DNA of 62,091 nucleotides, the filler included, from Sphacelaria rigidula (taxonomy: Eukaryota), in NCBI GenBank assembly GCA_964200075.2. It is 7 parts of 7 records of this genome, joined end to end, with 100 filler letters (N's around TTAATTAATTAA, not from the genome) between each part and the next. Parts side by side here need not be neighbours in the genome. Positions count along the whole stretch, not along the records: positions 17,773 to 26,557 come from CAXNAA020010107.1; positions 26,658 to 35,441 come from CAXNAA020010108.1; 5 more parts are not named here. One strand, given 5' to 3'. Below are positions 22,501-35,541 of the stretch, one piece after another. Each line of letters opens with the position of its first letter. Position 1 is the first letter of the stretch. The notes beneath the pieces were generated by a model. It did not search any database. It was not told the origin of the DNA and worked only from the letters and a program-made list of their open reading frames with translations. The position numbers and the translations under genes are program-made.

Positions 22501-25428
22501 TTGATGCCTGAGTAAGCACCGCCCTAAGCGGCAGGATCGCCCCCCTTCGACACCGGAAGCTACGTGGCGCATGGCCGGGGCATTTGTTCATCGTGACAGG
22601 CTTGAGACATTCTTCACGTCTGTTTCATTTACTGCGCAGCCTGCAGGTGTTACTGCCAGAGTACTACTCTATGATGCCTTTCCTGCACGTTAATACCCTA
22701 CGAAACGATGCTTTGCCGATAGTTCACGGCCTGCTGTGCGGGCATTATCGGGAGACTGTCGCGCGCATGGCCTGCTTCTAAGCCGCTGCAGGGTGGCCTC
22801 GGGTAAAGTCGACTCACCGCGCTGTGGTCTTGACATTCCCTCGCGAAACAAATCGAATATCGTTGTCGAGCAACTCATATCTTCTCGTTTTCTCGGGAAC
22901 ACGCGAGAAAGTATTTTTGTTGTATTCCAAAAGGGAGTCACGGGACTGTCAGGGCGATGTCTTCTGCTTCTTGGAATTAAAATCCTTCTGCGCGAACACT
23001 TCAGTGAAGACTGATCCACAGCCGCACGCCTATGAAAATGAAGCCCAGGTGAACCTGGGGTTTGACATTTGACATGCCATAGCTCCTAATCAAGATCACA
23101 ACTTATCCCCAGCACCCCCGCATCAGTCGGCGGGAATGTTGCAAATTCTGGTCGATGACGCGTGCCCGACAGGAGTGTGATCCCTCTTGAAAATAGCGCG
23201 GCTCGCCCAATAAGGTCAACAGCCTTTTTTGTAAATGTCCAGACGGTCCCTCCCCACAAGCACGAATGCCGAGCCCCGTGGCTTGTCGACAGACCGTTAC
23301 AGAGCGTCAGCTATGCTTGGAGGATTGGTCATGGATCACAAGCCTCAACAGAAGAAACTGCTTCTTGTGGGTTGAGAGAAAAATCGGACAGAGCTCCCCG
23401 CCGTGTGGTGCACACGCATCCGGTTCCACGTAAAAATGGACCCTCTCCTGAATCGGAAAAACACACAAATCCACCGCCATGTTGGTTATGTTTTCGCCCA
23501 AGAAGCGACGGAATAGACACCGATCAACCACCTTTCAAAAATCTCGCGAACGCTTGAAAACTGGCGAGGATCGGACGAATCATCCCTGGTCCGAATCACC
23601 AAATCTACGATTTCTGAGGCCTCATTTCTCGACAGGGATAAAGACGTCGAGCGTGGATTCAAGAAGTATTTAGGCAAATTTTGTGCTATTCCACGTGCAT
23701 GGGGTGCGCGCCCCCCGGGTGCAACGCTGAAACACAAAACCAAGGACTGACTTTTGAGGTACGAATCGATTACATGACAAGCAAGTAGTTTTCGGATAAA
23801 TCATGATATGTCGGGGCCTTGGAAACTGGTGAGCCTTGCGTTGTGTAAGACCATCATGTCGGCGCCATTTCGGAACCTTCCTGAATGCTATTTGGTTCTC
23901 GACTTTCCTGCGGAAGTATTATGACTTTTGAGACATGATCGGGGGGTTTTGGAGTCAAGTGGTCGGCTAGCGTAAACCACCTCTGAATCCTGTGCACAAA
24001 ACCCCGTCAATCGAGTGGGTATAGACCTGCGCAACCGTCTGTTCATTCTAGTGACCGTCGACAGTTACGGTACGGTACGGGCTAAACTGTTAACCGTCGC
24101 TCGCTCACTGTATCGTTTGCCATTGGTAAGTCTGAAACTTTGTACCTCGGAGACAGTTGCTGATCCTTCGTAAAACATCCGTCCGCTCCCTGATGCCCAA
24201 CGATCTACCTCAACATACATCTGTTTACTCCGCAGATATCCGGATCAAGGCACAAGGAGTGAGATCCCACCAGCCCGAAGGAGGTATCTACATCGTGTGA
24301 AGAATTAAAAAGGGACAGGAGCTATCATTATCTTATTTTGTGAGGGTTCGAGGAGAAAGTAACAAATATTTGAAGAGGAGAGGAGACGCAGGCGTCCGTC
24401 GATAGAACAACATATATATCATGTCTCAAGACTGGAACACCGTAATGATCTCCAAGACGCGTCCCACCGCGACGCGCGGGCAGAAGAATGCCGCGACGGC
24501 GGCTGCACAACGTTCGGTGAGTGCGAATAGCGAACAAAACGTACGTTCGCACTTTCGTGTTATTCTCCACATTTTATTTTTTGTCGGTAAAGAGTTTCGG
24601 GAAACGCGTTTTTGTCAGTTCAGAGGGCGAGTATATCAGGATCAGCGTTCAAAATGAAAAAAAAACATAATCGAAGAAAAGCTGCGGGGATAGCACACAT
24701 TTGGCGGAGGAGGAAATAAATTTTCGTCACACGTTGACTATGGCATGCATGATCATGAGTACACACTCTGATCCCGAGATGTTTGCACTCTGAAACGACA
24801 AAGAAAACAGTGTTCTCCGAAACTCTCTGATGTATTCAGGTCGGGAGTTTTTTTTTTGTATGTTTTCCTGTCTGTCTGTCCCCCGTGTTTCTTCGTGAGC
24901 GTTTTTTTTTTCCCTTCACACGGCATAATTTGAGCTTATTGGATAGAGCGGATCCTGTAGTACGGCTTCAGTGCTACACGGCGCACTACGTTTCGCAAAG
25001 CGCCGCACCTTTGAAAAGCGCACACCATGCTGCGTGCCACTAGCGCAGGCGGGGTGAACCTCAAGCAACTGAGGGTGCACGCAGGCGACCCAATGTTTTG
25101 GGCGAAAATCCGTGGTTGGTTGTTTCGAGCAAACACTTCACACCAACCCCGACCTAAGGCATACGACACCCTCGGGGAAGGAGGGTGCATAAAGCTCCCC
25201 TAGGCAAAGTGCACGTTGGCAGATTTCAAATCGACGCCTCAGGTGCCCACTTGGACGAAAACACTTTCTGGACGAGCTGGGTCCACTGCCTACCTGCCCC
25301 AAACCATGAAGTTTTTCGGAATTTTCTTTAGTCTATAATCAAAAAGTTACCCTGCCAACCATGGATTTTTTGCGTATAGCTATATGTCTACTGGGTGTAC
25401 GGTCTATCACCACCACGCCTCGGGTTCC

Positions 25429-25671
25429 AAGGGTGTGTTGGGTAGGGTATTTGTCACATCGAGGGATTTTGAAAATTCGCGCTCGAAGCGCCCGAGATGA
25501 AGATAGAATATTGAGTTTGTACTCAACAACACCCAGATATTTCGGTACAGTAATGCGATCTTGCCTATCATGACCCAATGTTTGGGCGGTGTTTGGAGAT
25601 CAGATTATCGCAACACAAGATTCGAGACCCTAAGTGAATACCCGTGTGTTTACCTTACCCAACACACCCTT
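25429..25671. mobile_element. MITE with 21-bp TIR
   Basis: AAGGGTGTGTTGGGTAGGGTA / TACCTTACCCAACACACCCTT (20/21). Confidence 0.7.
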
Positions 25672-26557
25672 ACAGGGTTACCGGAAAGGTCTGAGACGAG
25701 TTAGTACGTGAGGGATCTGCGTCGTATGTGAAGACATTTTCTCGAGAGGGGGATTAAAACAAATAACCCGGGGTATGTCGTCTGGGGGAAGAAGGGGGGG
25801 GGGGGGACCCAAACCGGGGGGGGCCCCGGTGATTTTTTTCTCAGGAATTTGTCCCGGGCACAAGTGGTGTTTGATCNNNNNNNNNCGTCTGGGGGAAGAA
25901 GGGGGGGGGGGAGCGCAAGCGGGGGGGGTCCAGGTTATCTTTTTCTCACGAACTTGTTCCAGGTACAATGTGCTGTTTAGCTCGTTTAGCGGGATGTTTA
26001 TCATGTTCGTCCGCAGATAGTCCATGGTATCGTAGTAGCACTATCGAATGAGGGTTGTGTCGCGTGGCCGCTGAGATTCTGGCCGTCCGTGCGCTGGCGT
26101 CCCCAGCGCCCGTAAGGGCAACACATCGAGTGTTTTTTGCTTGGATTGTCGCTGAGCGGTACGTATTCAAGTTCTGTGTCATGCTACAACGGGGGGAAGC
26201 CGGGCGGGACGCACTGATTTGTTGCTTGCCTTGGTCGTTCTGATAATTGACCACGCATCCCTTGCGAGATGGAGCACTACGATTGGGGGTAGGGTGTTAT
26301 ATTACACGGATCAAAAGGTTCATGGATGTGTGCGTCAGACGACCTGTAACACATTCGCGGTGCGCTTGCATTCGGGTTAAAAAAACGGCTTCAAGCGCAT
26401 TCGACCAACTGTTACTGCTTTCAAGGACGATTTGAAGTGCAATTTCCCGTAAAAAATGGCTCAAACTTCCCCTCGTATAGAGATTCAAAGGGCTTCGGGC
26501 CGAGCAATCTTAGCAGGATCCAGCTCACCCTTCATGCGACTCGCCGAACACACCACG

Positions 26558-26657
26558 NNNNNNNNNNNNNNNNNNNNNNNNNNNNNNNNNNNNNNNNNNN
26601 NTTAATTAATTAANNNNNNNNNNNNNNNNNNNNNNNNNNNNNNNNNNNNNNNNNNNN
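26558..26657. other. Artificial contig-joining spacer
   Basis: Same linker. Confidence 0.98.
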
Positions 26658-27123
26658 CGCTGGTCGTTCGGGTCTGGTCGATGATTTTTGCCTCCCTGTG
26701 ATTGGGTAGGTCGCTCGAAGACTTACTTTTTATTATTCCACTAACACAGGGTCAACCTTGTGTTAGTGGGGGTCCGGTCCCAAAAGGGTTAAGCACATTT
26801 TTGCGTATTATGCGATTACCTGCGTTCTGGAACGTTTCAGAACCCAATACTTGCTGTGCACAGAATGTGTGTACTTGACATCACTATCGAGAAAAAAGGC
26901 ACACTCATGCCCATATCCGGCGACAAAAACACACACATCCCCGGGGTTCAGGACCGTCGATTTCGGGCCAATTTTTCGTGTATTTTTACTTCATGCGTGC
27001 CCCGTGCACGGCAGGCGACGCAAAATCAACAGATTGATGCATTGATTGACTGCTGTGTGGACATGTGAAGGCTTCCGAAAAAAATCATGGGTTTTGGTGC
27101 CAGTTTGCTCACTTTATGAGGAT

Positions 27124-27448
27124 TCAAACATGGGCACACGCTCCTGACTTCGCCCGCGCCACACTCAAAAGCAATACAAAAATCTCTTGTCGGGTCAAAA
27201 CTGCGGTAGGACCGACTAATGCACCCTTCTCACATCCGCTCTTCAGGTGGCGCGTGCTGTACAGCGCTAAAACAGCCTTCTCAGCCGCCGTAGAAGTCAT
27301 GTGCTTGCTCCTGTCAGTGCTTCGGGCCGCCTGGGCCACGCTCAAGTCTACATGTCGTGTCACCTTTTGCTTCGTCCTTTGCAGCACGATCGACACCGAA
27401 CCAACATCAGCCTGCACGGCCAAACCCAGTGATTGTGACTGCCATAGC
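27124..27448 (-). CDS. Candidate exon, unknown product
   Basis: CTCACAG acceptor followed by ~108 open codons; no recognisable motif. Confidence 0.25.
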
Positions 27449-29409
27449 CTGTGAGTGACGAGGTCGATCGGCATGCTGAAGAGTGCAAACGAAAGCTGGA
27501 GATGTAGAGTCACCGTTGCGAACGAAAAACAGAGGAGTTCCATGTAGTGAGCGTCATTTTGTAACCGTTTTTTCCGAAGTGTGCTTAATATGGCACTGGG
27601 CGTAATAGGGCAGTTTCCTCTATACCCTAGGGTACCACGGTACGACGGTGCTCTTGAAGGATAATTCACGATCTATCTGAGTTTCGCGAGTGTGAGTCCA
27701 ACCGATTTGGCACAGATTGGGGTCCCGCCCGCCAGATTCGGGATTGGTCCCCACAAGAAATGCAGATGGCCTTAATATTATTACCCCCAAAAAACAAGGG
27801 TAGAGTATACTAGGAGGGGACCTTGCCCATCGGTCATACACAATGGTTCGTACTATAACAGTGCCGCCCACCCTAACGTAAGCCTTAATCCCAACCCTGA
27901 CCAAGGCATAAGAGAACTATCGGGCGCGAGCCAAATCCACCGGCATCGAGGATCTTTTATCACCCACCTTCAGAAGAGTCAGGTTTTTGAGGTCCTCAGC
28001 AGCACCTGCAAGATCGTGGGCTATTTAGACGCAGAAGACGTTGGCCCAATCACTACAGCGATCGGTGCCGGTATGCTCTTGCTCCGGTGTGCCTGTAGAA
28101 TATCCAGAGATGGAGCTGGGGCGATGCTGGATTTCTTCAATCTAGGAAGAGGCGTAGCGACCGCGAATTGCTCAACGCTACAGGACACCGGCAGCTTGCT
28201 AACTATGCCTTGAGCGCACCCAGCTGCAGTCCACCACATTGGTATCTACTTCATTATGCATACTGCCTGGCACCGTACACTGCCTCTACATCTACGTCTA
28301 CATCTACATGAACCCTCTCATCTCTACCCGTGTCTCCACTGTCTATCTACCGTTGTTTCTACTCTATCTACATATGTATCTTGCGTACCAATCGTCGTAG
28401 CATGTGTACCCCCGACTTCGCCGATTTCGCTGACATCGCGAAGTCGCACCCCGAATGACCGATCGCCAAGGTGCTCCCATAAAGTAATCATCGCACACGT
28501 GGCAGTGGCAATGGTACGTATTCTTATACGGGTACGTCAAAAGCTCGCTGTCCTTGTCGGGGGATACGTAGCTACTAAGCACTTCGAAGTATATCCACTC
28601 GACTACTGTGGCATGTCTTGTACTGTCTTACGGCTCTCGTCATCATTGGAAAAGTTAGAACATGACAAATGTGCGGGGTATGCGCAGCACTCCGCTGGCG
28701 AGTACAGCCCACTTCATCTGTCACGGCCGCAGCAGCAGCCTCCGAGAGACGGCGGGTAGTGAAGAGGTTCCTCACTGCTCTGCATGAAGCATTCAAGCCC
28801 TGTTTTTCACACTATAATACTCGTAGAGGGACAGCAATATGCTTCAGTCTGAGAAATGGAGCTGATGTGAAGGTGAAAAACATCACAAAAAAATCCAACA
28901 GCACATGTTGTGCACCTAGCTGAGGGTGCCGGTTGCTGGCCGGAGTGATTTTCTCTCGCCCAACATGCTTTTTCCAAGGATTTTTGGTGGTGTTTCGCGC
29001 AAAAAGGTGAGGCTCAACCTTTTTCATGAAACCTGGAGCTAGTAGACTTGCAAGTACCGCTTTATGCGTACGTATGACACTTGTGACAGCTTGCACATCG
29101 TTTCTCTCCGCTGTAGTTCTCAGTACCTGTCGCCAGCTATCATGTGTACCTGTCGCCAGCTATCATGTGATACGGCGTGGTGTCATGTGTTGTGCTACGG
29201 CTGAATTTTGTAATGTGGAGAGAAGTCGATCTATGCCGTGTAGCTAATAACCCTTCTCCACGACCACTGGTACAACTTCCAGTCGATGTGTACGGATAGT
29301 ATTCCGCGCGTGAAGTTGAGTTGAACTTTGAACCTTGGTTACAGTACAGCACAATCAGTATTGCAATCAGCACTGTGATACTGACTCGGTGATGGAGACG
29401 CAATGATGC

Positions 29410-29910
29410 AAGGGCGGGTCGGGTAGGGTATATTCTTTCTAATACTCAGGTAGAATACCCGGGTACTTACCCTGCCGAAGGTGTGGGTAGATTGGGCACG
29501 GCCTCAACTATTCTACCCAAAGCCTGGGTAGATTAGGTACGACCTCAAATACTTCACGAGTACGCAAATATTGGGTAGGGACTCTTAGCAATACCTGGGT
29601 ATAGAGTATCACTTTGGTACGACGTCAATACTCTACCCTAATGTGGGGTAGATTTGATACGACCTCAAATACTCGATTCAAATTTTGGGTAGATTGGGTA
29701 CGACCTCAAATACTCGACCCAAATTTTGGGTAGGTTGAGTATGGCCTCAAATACTCGACCCAAAAAATGGGTAAGCACTCTCTGTAATACCTGGATATAG
29801 AGTATCACTTGGGTATGAGCTCAGTACTCTACCCAAAAAATGGGTATATTGGGTACGATCTAAATAATCTACCCAAATTTGGGGTAGATCGGGTACGATT
29901 CTAATCTTCG
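29410..29910. repeat. ~35-bp tandem repeat array (TTGGGTAGATTGGGTACGACCTCAAATACTC..) behind a TIR-like end
   Basis: Starts AGGGCGGGTCGGGTAGGGTAT; more than ten degenerate units; same family at 30576-31510. Confidence 0.8.
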
Positions 29911-30575
29911 CCTCAGTATTGAGTATGGCCGTGTCTCAGTACATCATGTTTCGATCGAGAAAAAAGTGCGGTGAAACTGATTTCAGCGAGCTCGTTCATT
30001 TCTCGCGGTGTTGGGTCCAAACGAATTTTCAAGCTTGTGATCGAAAAAAGACAGTGGATTTCGTGAAGCAGCACTTGTTCGCTTGTCCGCAGTAGAGTAC
30101 TGTACTGTCTGCGCTGTATGCACACAGTGTGCCTGAGTGTGTGTGCGCGTGTCGTACGGTAGAATGTGCGACAGAAGCGGGCAACGTTCAGTGCAGACAG
30201 CACAGGACTATCTGTACTCTCTGCCTACAATGCGACGTGAAAAGGTGACCTGCAGCTTTGAACTGCCTGCAGCACTGTCCATGGCAAGCCGGTTGCCCAC
30301 CCTACCACACAGTTCCGTCGCCGACCCCTACCATTAAGGAAGATACTCAAGTTTTCGCCGAAAAAAATGAACGTATCATACCCAACTACTGCAATGTATC
30401 TATCCCCGCGCCCAACTCGTGTTATATGCTGCAGGGTTGCGGTGTGGCTGAGAATAACGTGTGTGGGGTTTGCATGATTCTGTGAACGGGTGGTATCTGT
30501 CGTGATGATCTGCAAGAACGAGTCGAGTACCCCTCCGTACATTTCCTGCGCACTTTTTCGATCGGAAAAGCCAAG

Positions 30576-31510
30576 TGCAGGTCGGCTAGGGTATGCACTT
30601 TTGGATACTCGGGCAATACCCGGGTATTTATTCTGCCGAAGGTTTGGGTAGATTAGATCCGACCTCAAATACTCTATCCAATTTTTGGGCAGATCGAGTA
30701 CGACCTCAAGTGCCCTACCCAAATATTAGGTAAGCACCCTCAGCAATACCTTGGTATAGTAGAGCTCGTAAATGGTATCAGTTATAACTGGCCATTATCA
30801 TTATATGGGTAATAACGGTAAGGTTATATGAACAATTCGGATAATGGTTTCAAACATTATTTGCCATTACCGGCTTTATAAGCCGTTACCGGCTACGTAT
30901 GCTATATACAGCCCTTGCAAATCGGCCCAAATAGAACGTATTTTTTAGCTCTCGTGAAGCCTACTCGTGTAAAAACGTGCCTCCCGCAGGGCGGGACCCT
31001 CCGGAGGCGCCTCCGGCGAGGCCCCCTCTACCGGGGGGCTTTTTGGTTGGCGGCTGCGCCGCTCGATGACCAAACCATGATGTACCATTAAACTGGTTAA
31101 TGAGTGCGCTACGCGTAACCATTCAACTGGTTAAGTGTTAGACAAAGCTTTTCCGAGCTCTAGGGTATAGCGTATCACTGTGGTGTGATCTCAATTATCT
31201 ACCCAAATTTTAGGTAGATTGTGTACGACCTCAAATACTCCACCAAATTTTGGGTGGGTTGGGTACGACCTCAAATACTTAACCCAAACATTGAGAAAGC
31301 ATTCTCAGCAATACCTGGGTATAGAGTATCACTTGAGTATGACCTCAATACACTACCCAAAATTGAGTATGTTAGGTACAACCTAAATGCACGACCCATA
31401 TTTTGGATAGATTGGGTACGAATCCAATACTCTACTCAAATCTTTGGGTACTAAGAGTACGACTTTTTCAAAAGAACTGAGTATTGGGTATACTTCATCC
31501 GACCTGCCTT
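30576..31510. mobile_element. TIR-bounded non-autonomous element filled with the ~35-bp repeat
   Basis: Ends GCAGGTCGGCTAGGGTAT / ATACTTCATCCGACCTGC; interrupted by an insertion at 30760-31162. Confidence 0.65.
30760..31162. mobile_element. hAT-like MITE, 403 bp
   Basis: TIR TAGAGCTCG / CGAGCTCTA; 8-bp TSD TGGTATAG / GGGTATAG (7/8) duplicating a host-repeat motif. Confidence 0.75.
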
Positions 31511-32359
31511 TACAATATGTAGTGTACGACCGAGGTAATGTGGTTTTCATCGGGCGGCAGTATAGTGCAGAGTGGGCCGTCGTGGTCAGTCTGCGCTGGG
31601 TTATTGCACAGCCTCATCACTTCCGTGAAAAGGTCCCCAAGGGCCGATATTGCTCCATACTTGTAGATGAATTCATCGTCCAGTTGTTCCGCTCACCTAG
31701 ATTTACCTACGGCCCACTACGATAATCGACACTGTTTTGTCGAAAATCTCACAAAGTGTCAGACTTTTCGAATTCTGCCTTCCGGCCGTTTCTTATAGAC
31801 TAAAAAAGGTCACCGAAAAAAATCGGGTGAGGGACTTTTCATATAGATTTGTTTTCAGAGAATCCCGTTTTCAAAGTCCTACCTTACAGTTCGTGAATAA
31901 ATCACGGGGGGTTGTACAGCCAAGGCGATCATCTAGCCTGCGCGCAGACGGTGGTATTGGTCGCGCAGACGGTGGTATTGGTCATCATGTGCATGTTGTG
32001 TTTGTGACACCTTCGGCAAAAGAGTTCGTAATCTCGTGCAGTACGGAGTAGATGGGATACAACCCATTACACACATGCACAATAGCGACTTCTACTGGCA
32101 TAGTAGGGGGCGAAACGACAGGCGAGTCAAGCCTCACTTCAGCTGACCACTGCTTGGTACAGTAGTAGTGCCGCAGCAGCTGAGGGGTGCAGCAGCACGG
32201 GTTGTGCCATACCCCACACAAGAAACTCGCGTAACAGTCAAAAGAGCTGGAACAACACTCTCGGCACCCAGAATACTACAAAGTTCACAATCGGTGGCGG
32301 GCACGACGGATACAGAACGATACGAGCAGTCAATACAGCCAGTGGGGCGATACCTTGCT

Positions 32360-32363
32360 ATCG

Positions 32364-32396
<33 letters not shown>

Positions 32397-32413
32397 CCGT
32401 CATCATCATCATC
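32360..32413. repeat. Microsatellite (ATCGTC)n/(ATC)n
   Basis: Directly visible. Confidence 0.9.
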
Positions 32414-35263
32414 AGATGTATCTAAAGCGTAATGTCTTTCCGCCCCTATACTTGAATGAGTATAAGCGTGAAGCTTATTTGAATACTTTGATCAGCATAT
32501 AAATGGTCAATCAGAATTACTTTTCCCAATACGCTGTCTGCAGGAGGAACAAAGTCACTGTTAACCATATCAACCATATGATTCACCCTGCTCCGAAGCA
32601 TTTTGTTCTGCTTTACCGCGGAAACCTAGAAGCTACCGTTCTGCTTCACTACGTAAGCCTGAAAAGCTGCGTGACACGGTGGCGACTTCCTGTCGAGGTA
32701 TGCGAGGGAGAAAAAGGACTACAATCTACATCCACACGAAACAAATGCGCAGGTTGGCAGCATGAACTTTTCACGCACGACTGCTTACCGACTGCCCCTC
32801 ACCTCGCACCGTACGCACCAACACAATCCGACTCGACACATTTTTTTTTCCGGTCAAGGGCGGTGTAGAGTAAACATCAGGGTTTCAAATACTTTCTAAA
32901 CATTTATGTAGTCATCCTTAGTCGAAACGGGCGCTCTTGTCGTCGCCTACTTCACTACCCCTGCTCGTGCGAGGAGAGGAGGAGGGGATGATGGTCCTCG
33001 CGAGGGTATGGGCGTCGACGGTGAGGACGTCCCGTCAGGCGGTCCAGCAGAATCACCACCGGCGGGGGAGGTCAGAGTTTCACAGGCTGGGAGTCCAAGC
33101 TCTTCTCACGCCTTTTCTTCGGCCATCCGGGGCGCGTTCACATGATCGCTGATGACACTTTCTACGATAGCCCCCTCCCCAAAAGCAGCCCACAAGTGTC
33201 ACGAAGAATATGGTCATACAGCGCCTCATGTTCGGGTTCAGGCTGCATGAAGCGCCTCATATTGGCGACATTGGCGAGAACGAACCCAAGCGTGGGAATT
33301 CCCAGCTGCTCGCTGTGCTCGGCTTGTTCCATTTCGATTTACGTGAGGATTTTGCCTCCACAAACCGTGCACTTTGGGGGGGGGGGGCTATCGTAGAAAG
33401 TGTCTTATCCCAACTCTATGTATCACCACTTCTCCACAGTACAGAGTTGACGTGTCGCTCAGCACCTCGCGGACTATTGGCCGTTGGGGACTTCTGAGGA
33501 CTGGACCGTTGGGCAATGCTTGCCCTGCAACCGCTGACGTCCATGCCACCTCTGGAGTACCACGGCTTTCCGCTGGGCAGTTAGTGATGTTCATACCACT
33601 CGTAAATCGATCCCGACTCAGACCTCCCCACCGACCCCAGTCCCGCTTTCTCTGTCTATGCTTATTTTTCATTCAATTGTTTTTATGAAGGACGGCGAGT
33701 TGGACGAGAGACTCTTTTGAGGGGCCGGCTTTGACGCCCCAGTTCTTCCCGGCGACGTGTGCAATTCGAGCGCATTTCTTTGCGTTGTGTACGGATCCAA
33801 ATGCACCAGGATATAACCCCCTTCAGGGCACATCGCGCGCTCCGCAAAAAAACGGAGAATCATTCACTTTTGCAGAGTTTGACGATAAAACCCAAAAGCG
33901 CTTGAAAAATCCGACTGCACCGGTTTATGACCTTTCCACAGCACGTCCCGCGCACAGCAAAAAAATCGTAAAATGACTTTATTTTGCAGTTTTTGAGCGT
34001 GAGCTTGAAAAGTGCTTGAAAAATCCGACTACACCGGGTTGTAACCTTTTTCAGGGCACGTCCCGCACTCAGCAAAAAGAAAGGAAAATTACTCATGTTC
34101 GCAAGTTTGAGGGCAAGGTTGAGGAGCACCTAAAAAAAAAGGTGTTAACCCAGGGGTGTGGGACCGGTGTGGGGGTGTATGTGGCGTCTGAATAGGAAGG
34201 GCGTCACCTGAACTCTTGGACAGCGAGCGTCGCCTCGGAACAGTTTCACAAGCTGACAGTCCAGGGGCATCCGGAGGTATCCAGGGGACAGGGGGGTTGT
34301 TTTTGACAGGGGTCGGGGCCTGTTGGCAGTACAGCCGGAAAGGTCACAAAGTCAACCAAATGTGTGGGATTTTTCCACGGAAAATTCTAAGCCAGGGACA
34401 AGGCCCAAGAGGAGCAGAGTGATCATTCTGACCAATCACGGCTATCAAGAGGGTCACGTTGTTCCCCTACAAAATTGACTACAGATGGACTTCTTCGCCG
34501 TCTAGCTATGTATCTCACTTTGGTCGTGACGACTCGACCATGGATAACATGGGCATATTTAACATGTTTTATACTCTACTCGTGCTCTATGCCGCCTGCC
34601 TGATCCCTCATGTATTACCAGCCTAGCTTCACACTGTCTGAAGTGTTGTTGTGGAACACTACCTACAGACATCAGCAGATGTTGTAGACTGTGTTCAGTG
34701 GATCGCACGCTGACTGTTTCTTGCCGTTATATGCAGCGAAGACACACAGCACACATCCTGAATCTGCATGCAATTAATTGACTGCAGGGTCAAAACCGGT
34801 CAGGGGTCTCAGGGGCTATTTTATATTTAGATGCCCAAGATCCACATGTTCATCAAAAAGGCGTTTTGTGTAGTGAGAAAAGAGCTGTTCTGATCCCCAA
34901 ATGTGGCACAGTCCAGCTGATGTCATCTGAGAGGAGTCCGCAGTCTAAGGGTTAACGCACGATTTCTCCATGTCAAGGATGTAGTCTAAAATTATGTGTA
35001 TCCGAGTAAAAGAATAAAAGTGGTCTGTGGTCGGTAAAATGTCGTCCAACAGCTCGGACACTTTTCCGAGGCGTTGATATCTGCGGCACTGCTGACACGT
35101 GTGATGGGGCGCTGACTGTACCTTTGCTCTTGCGGTATGCGAGGAGTGTGTGATGGAGCGCCCCTTTTCCGATATTTTGATCTCACTAGACGTTGACCAT
35201 TTTCTTCCGACAAATTTTGAAACAATTTTCTGTCTGAAAAAAGGTTCAGTTTCCAAAGTATTT

Positions 35264-35441
35264 TCAACCATTTTGGGACCAGGCCTCCAGAACGACCAAG
35301 AGGCTGGTCAGGGATGACGTGTCTGGCGTCTAAACGAAACAGTGGCGTGTTGCTGAAAATCCGCGCATGTAACTGCAGGGTTATGACGAAGACCGAAAGT
35401 TTCATGTAGTCTATTTTCAGGTGCAGGGTGCGCATTAGGTG
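35264..35441. mobile_element. piggyBac-like element end (inverse of 8887-9050)
   Basis: TCAA-CCATTTTGGGACC start; high similarity to the reverse complement of 8887-9046. Confidence 0.7.
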
Positions 35442-35541
35442 NNNNNNNNNNNNNNNNNNNNNNNNNNNNNNNNNNNNNNNNNNNNTTAATTAATTAANNN
35501 NNNNNNNNNNNNNNNNNNNNNNNNNNNNNNNNNNNNNNNNN
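35442..35541. other. Artificial contig-joining spacer
   Basis: Same linker. Confidence 0.98.

Noticed and set aside
25760-25960. Direct duplication with G-runs
   Set aside because: The two copies straddle an N gap; likely a scaffolding artefact.
29410-31510. CRISPR-like array
   Set aside because: Units are contiguous and degenerate with no unique spacers; eukaryotic context and no cas genes.
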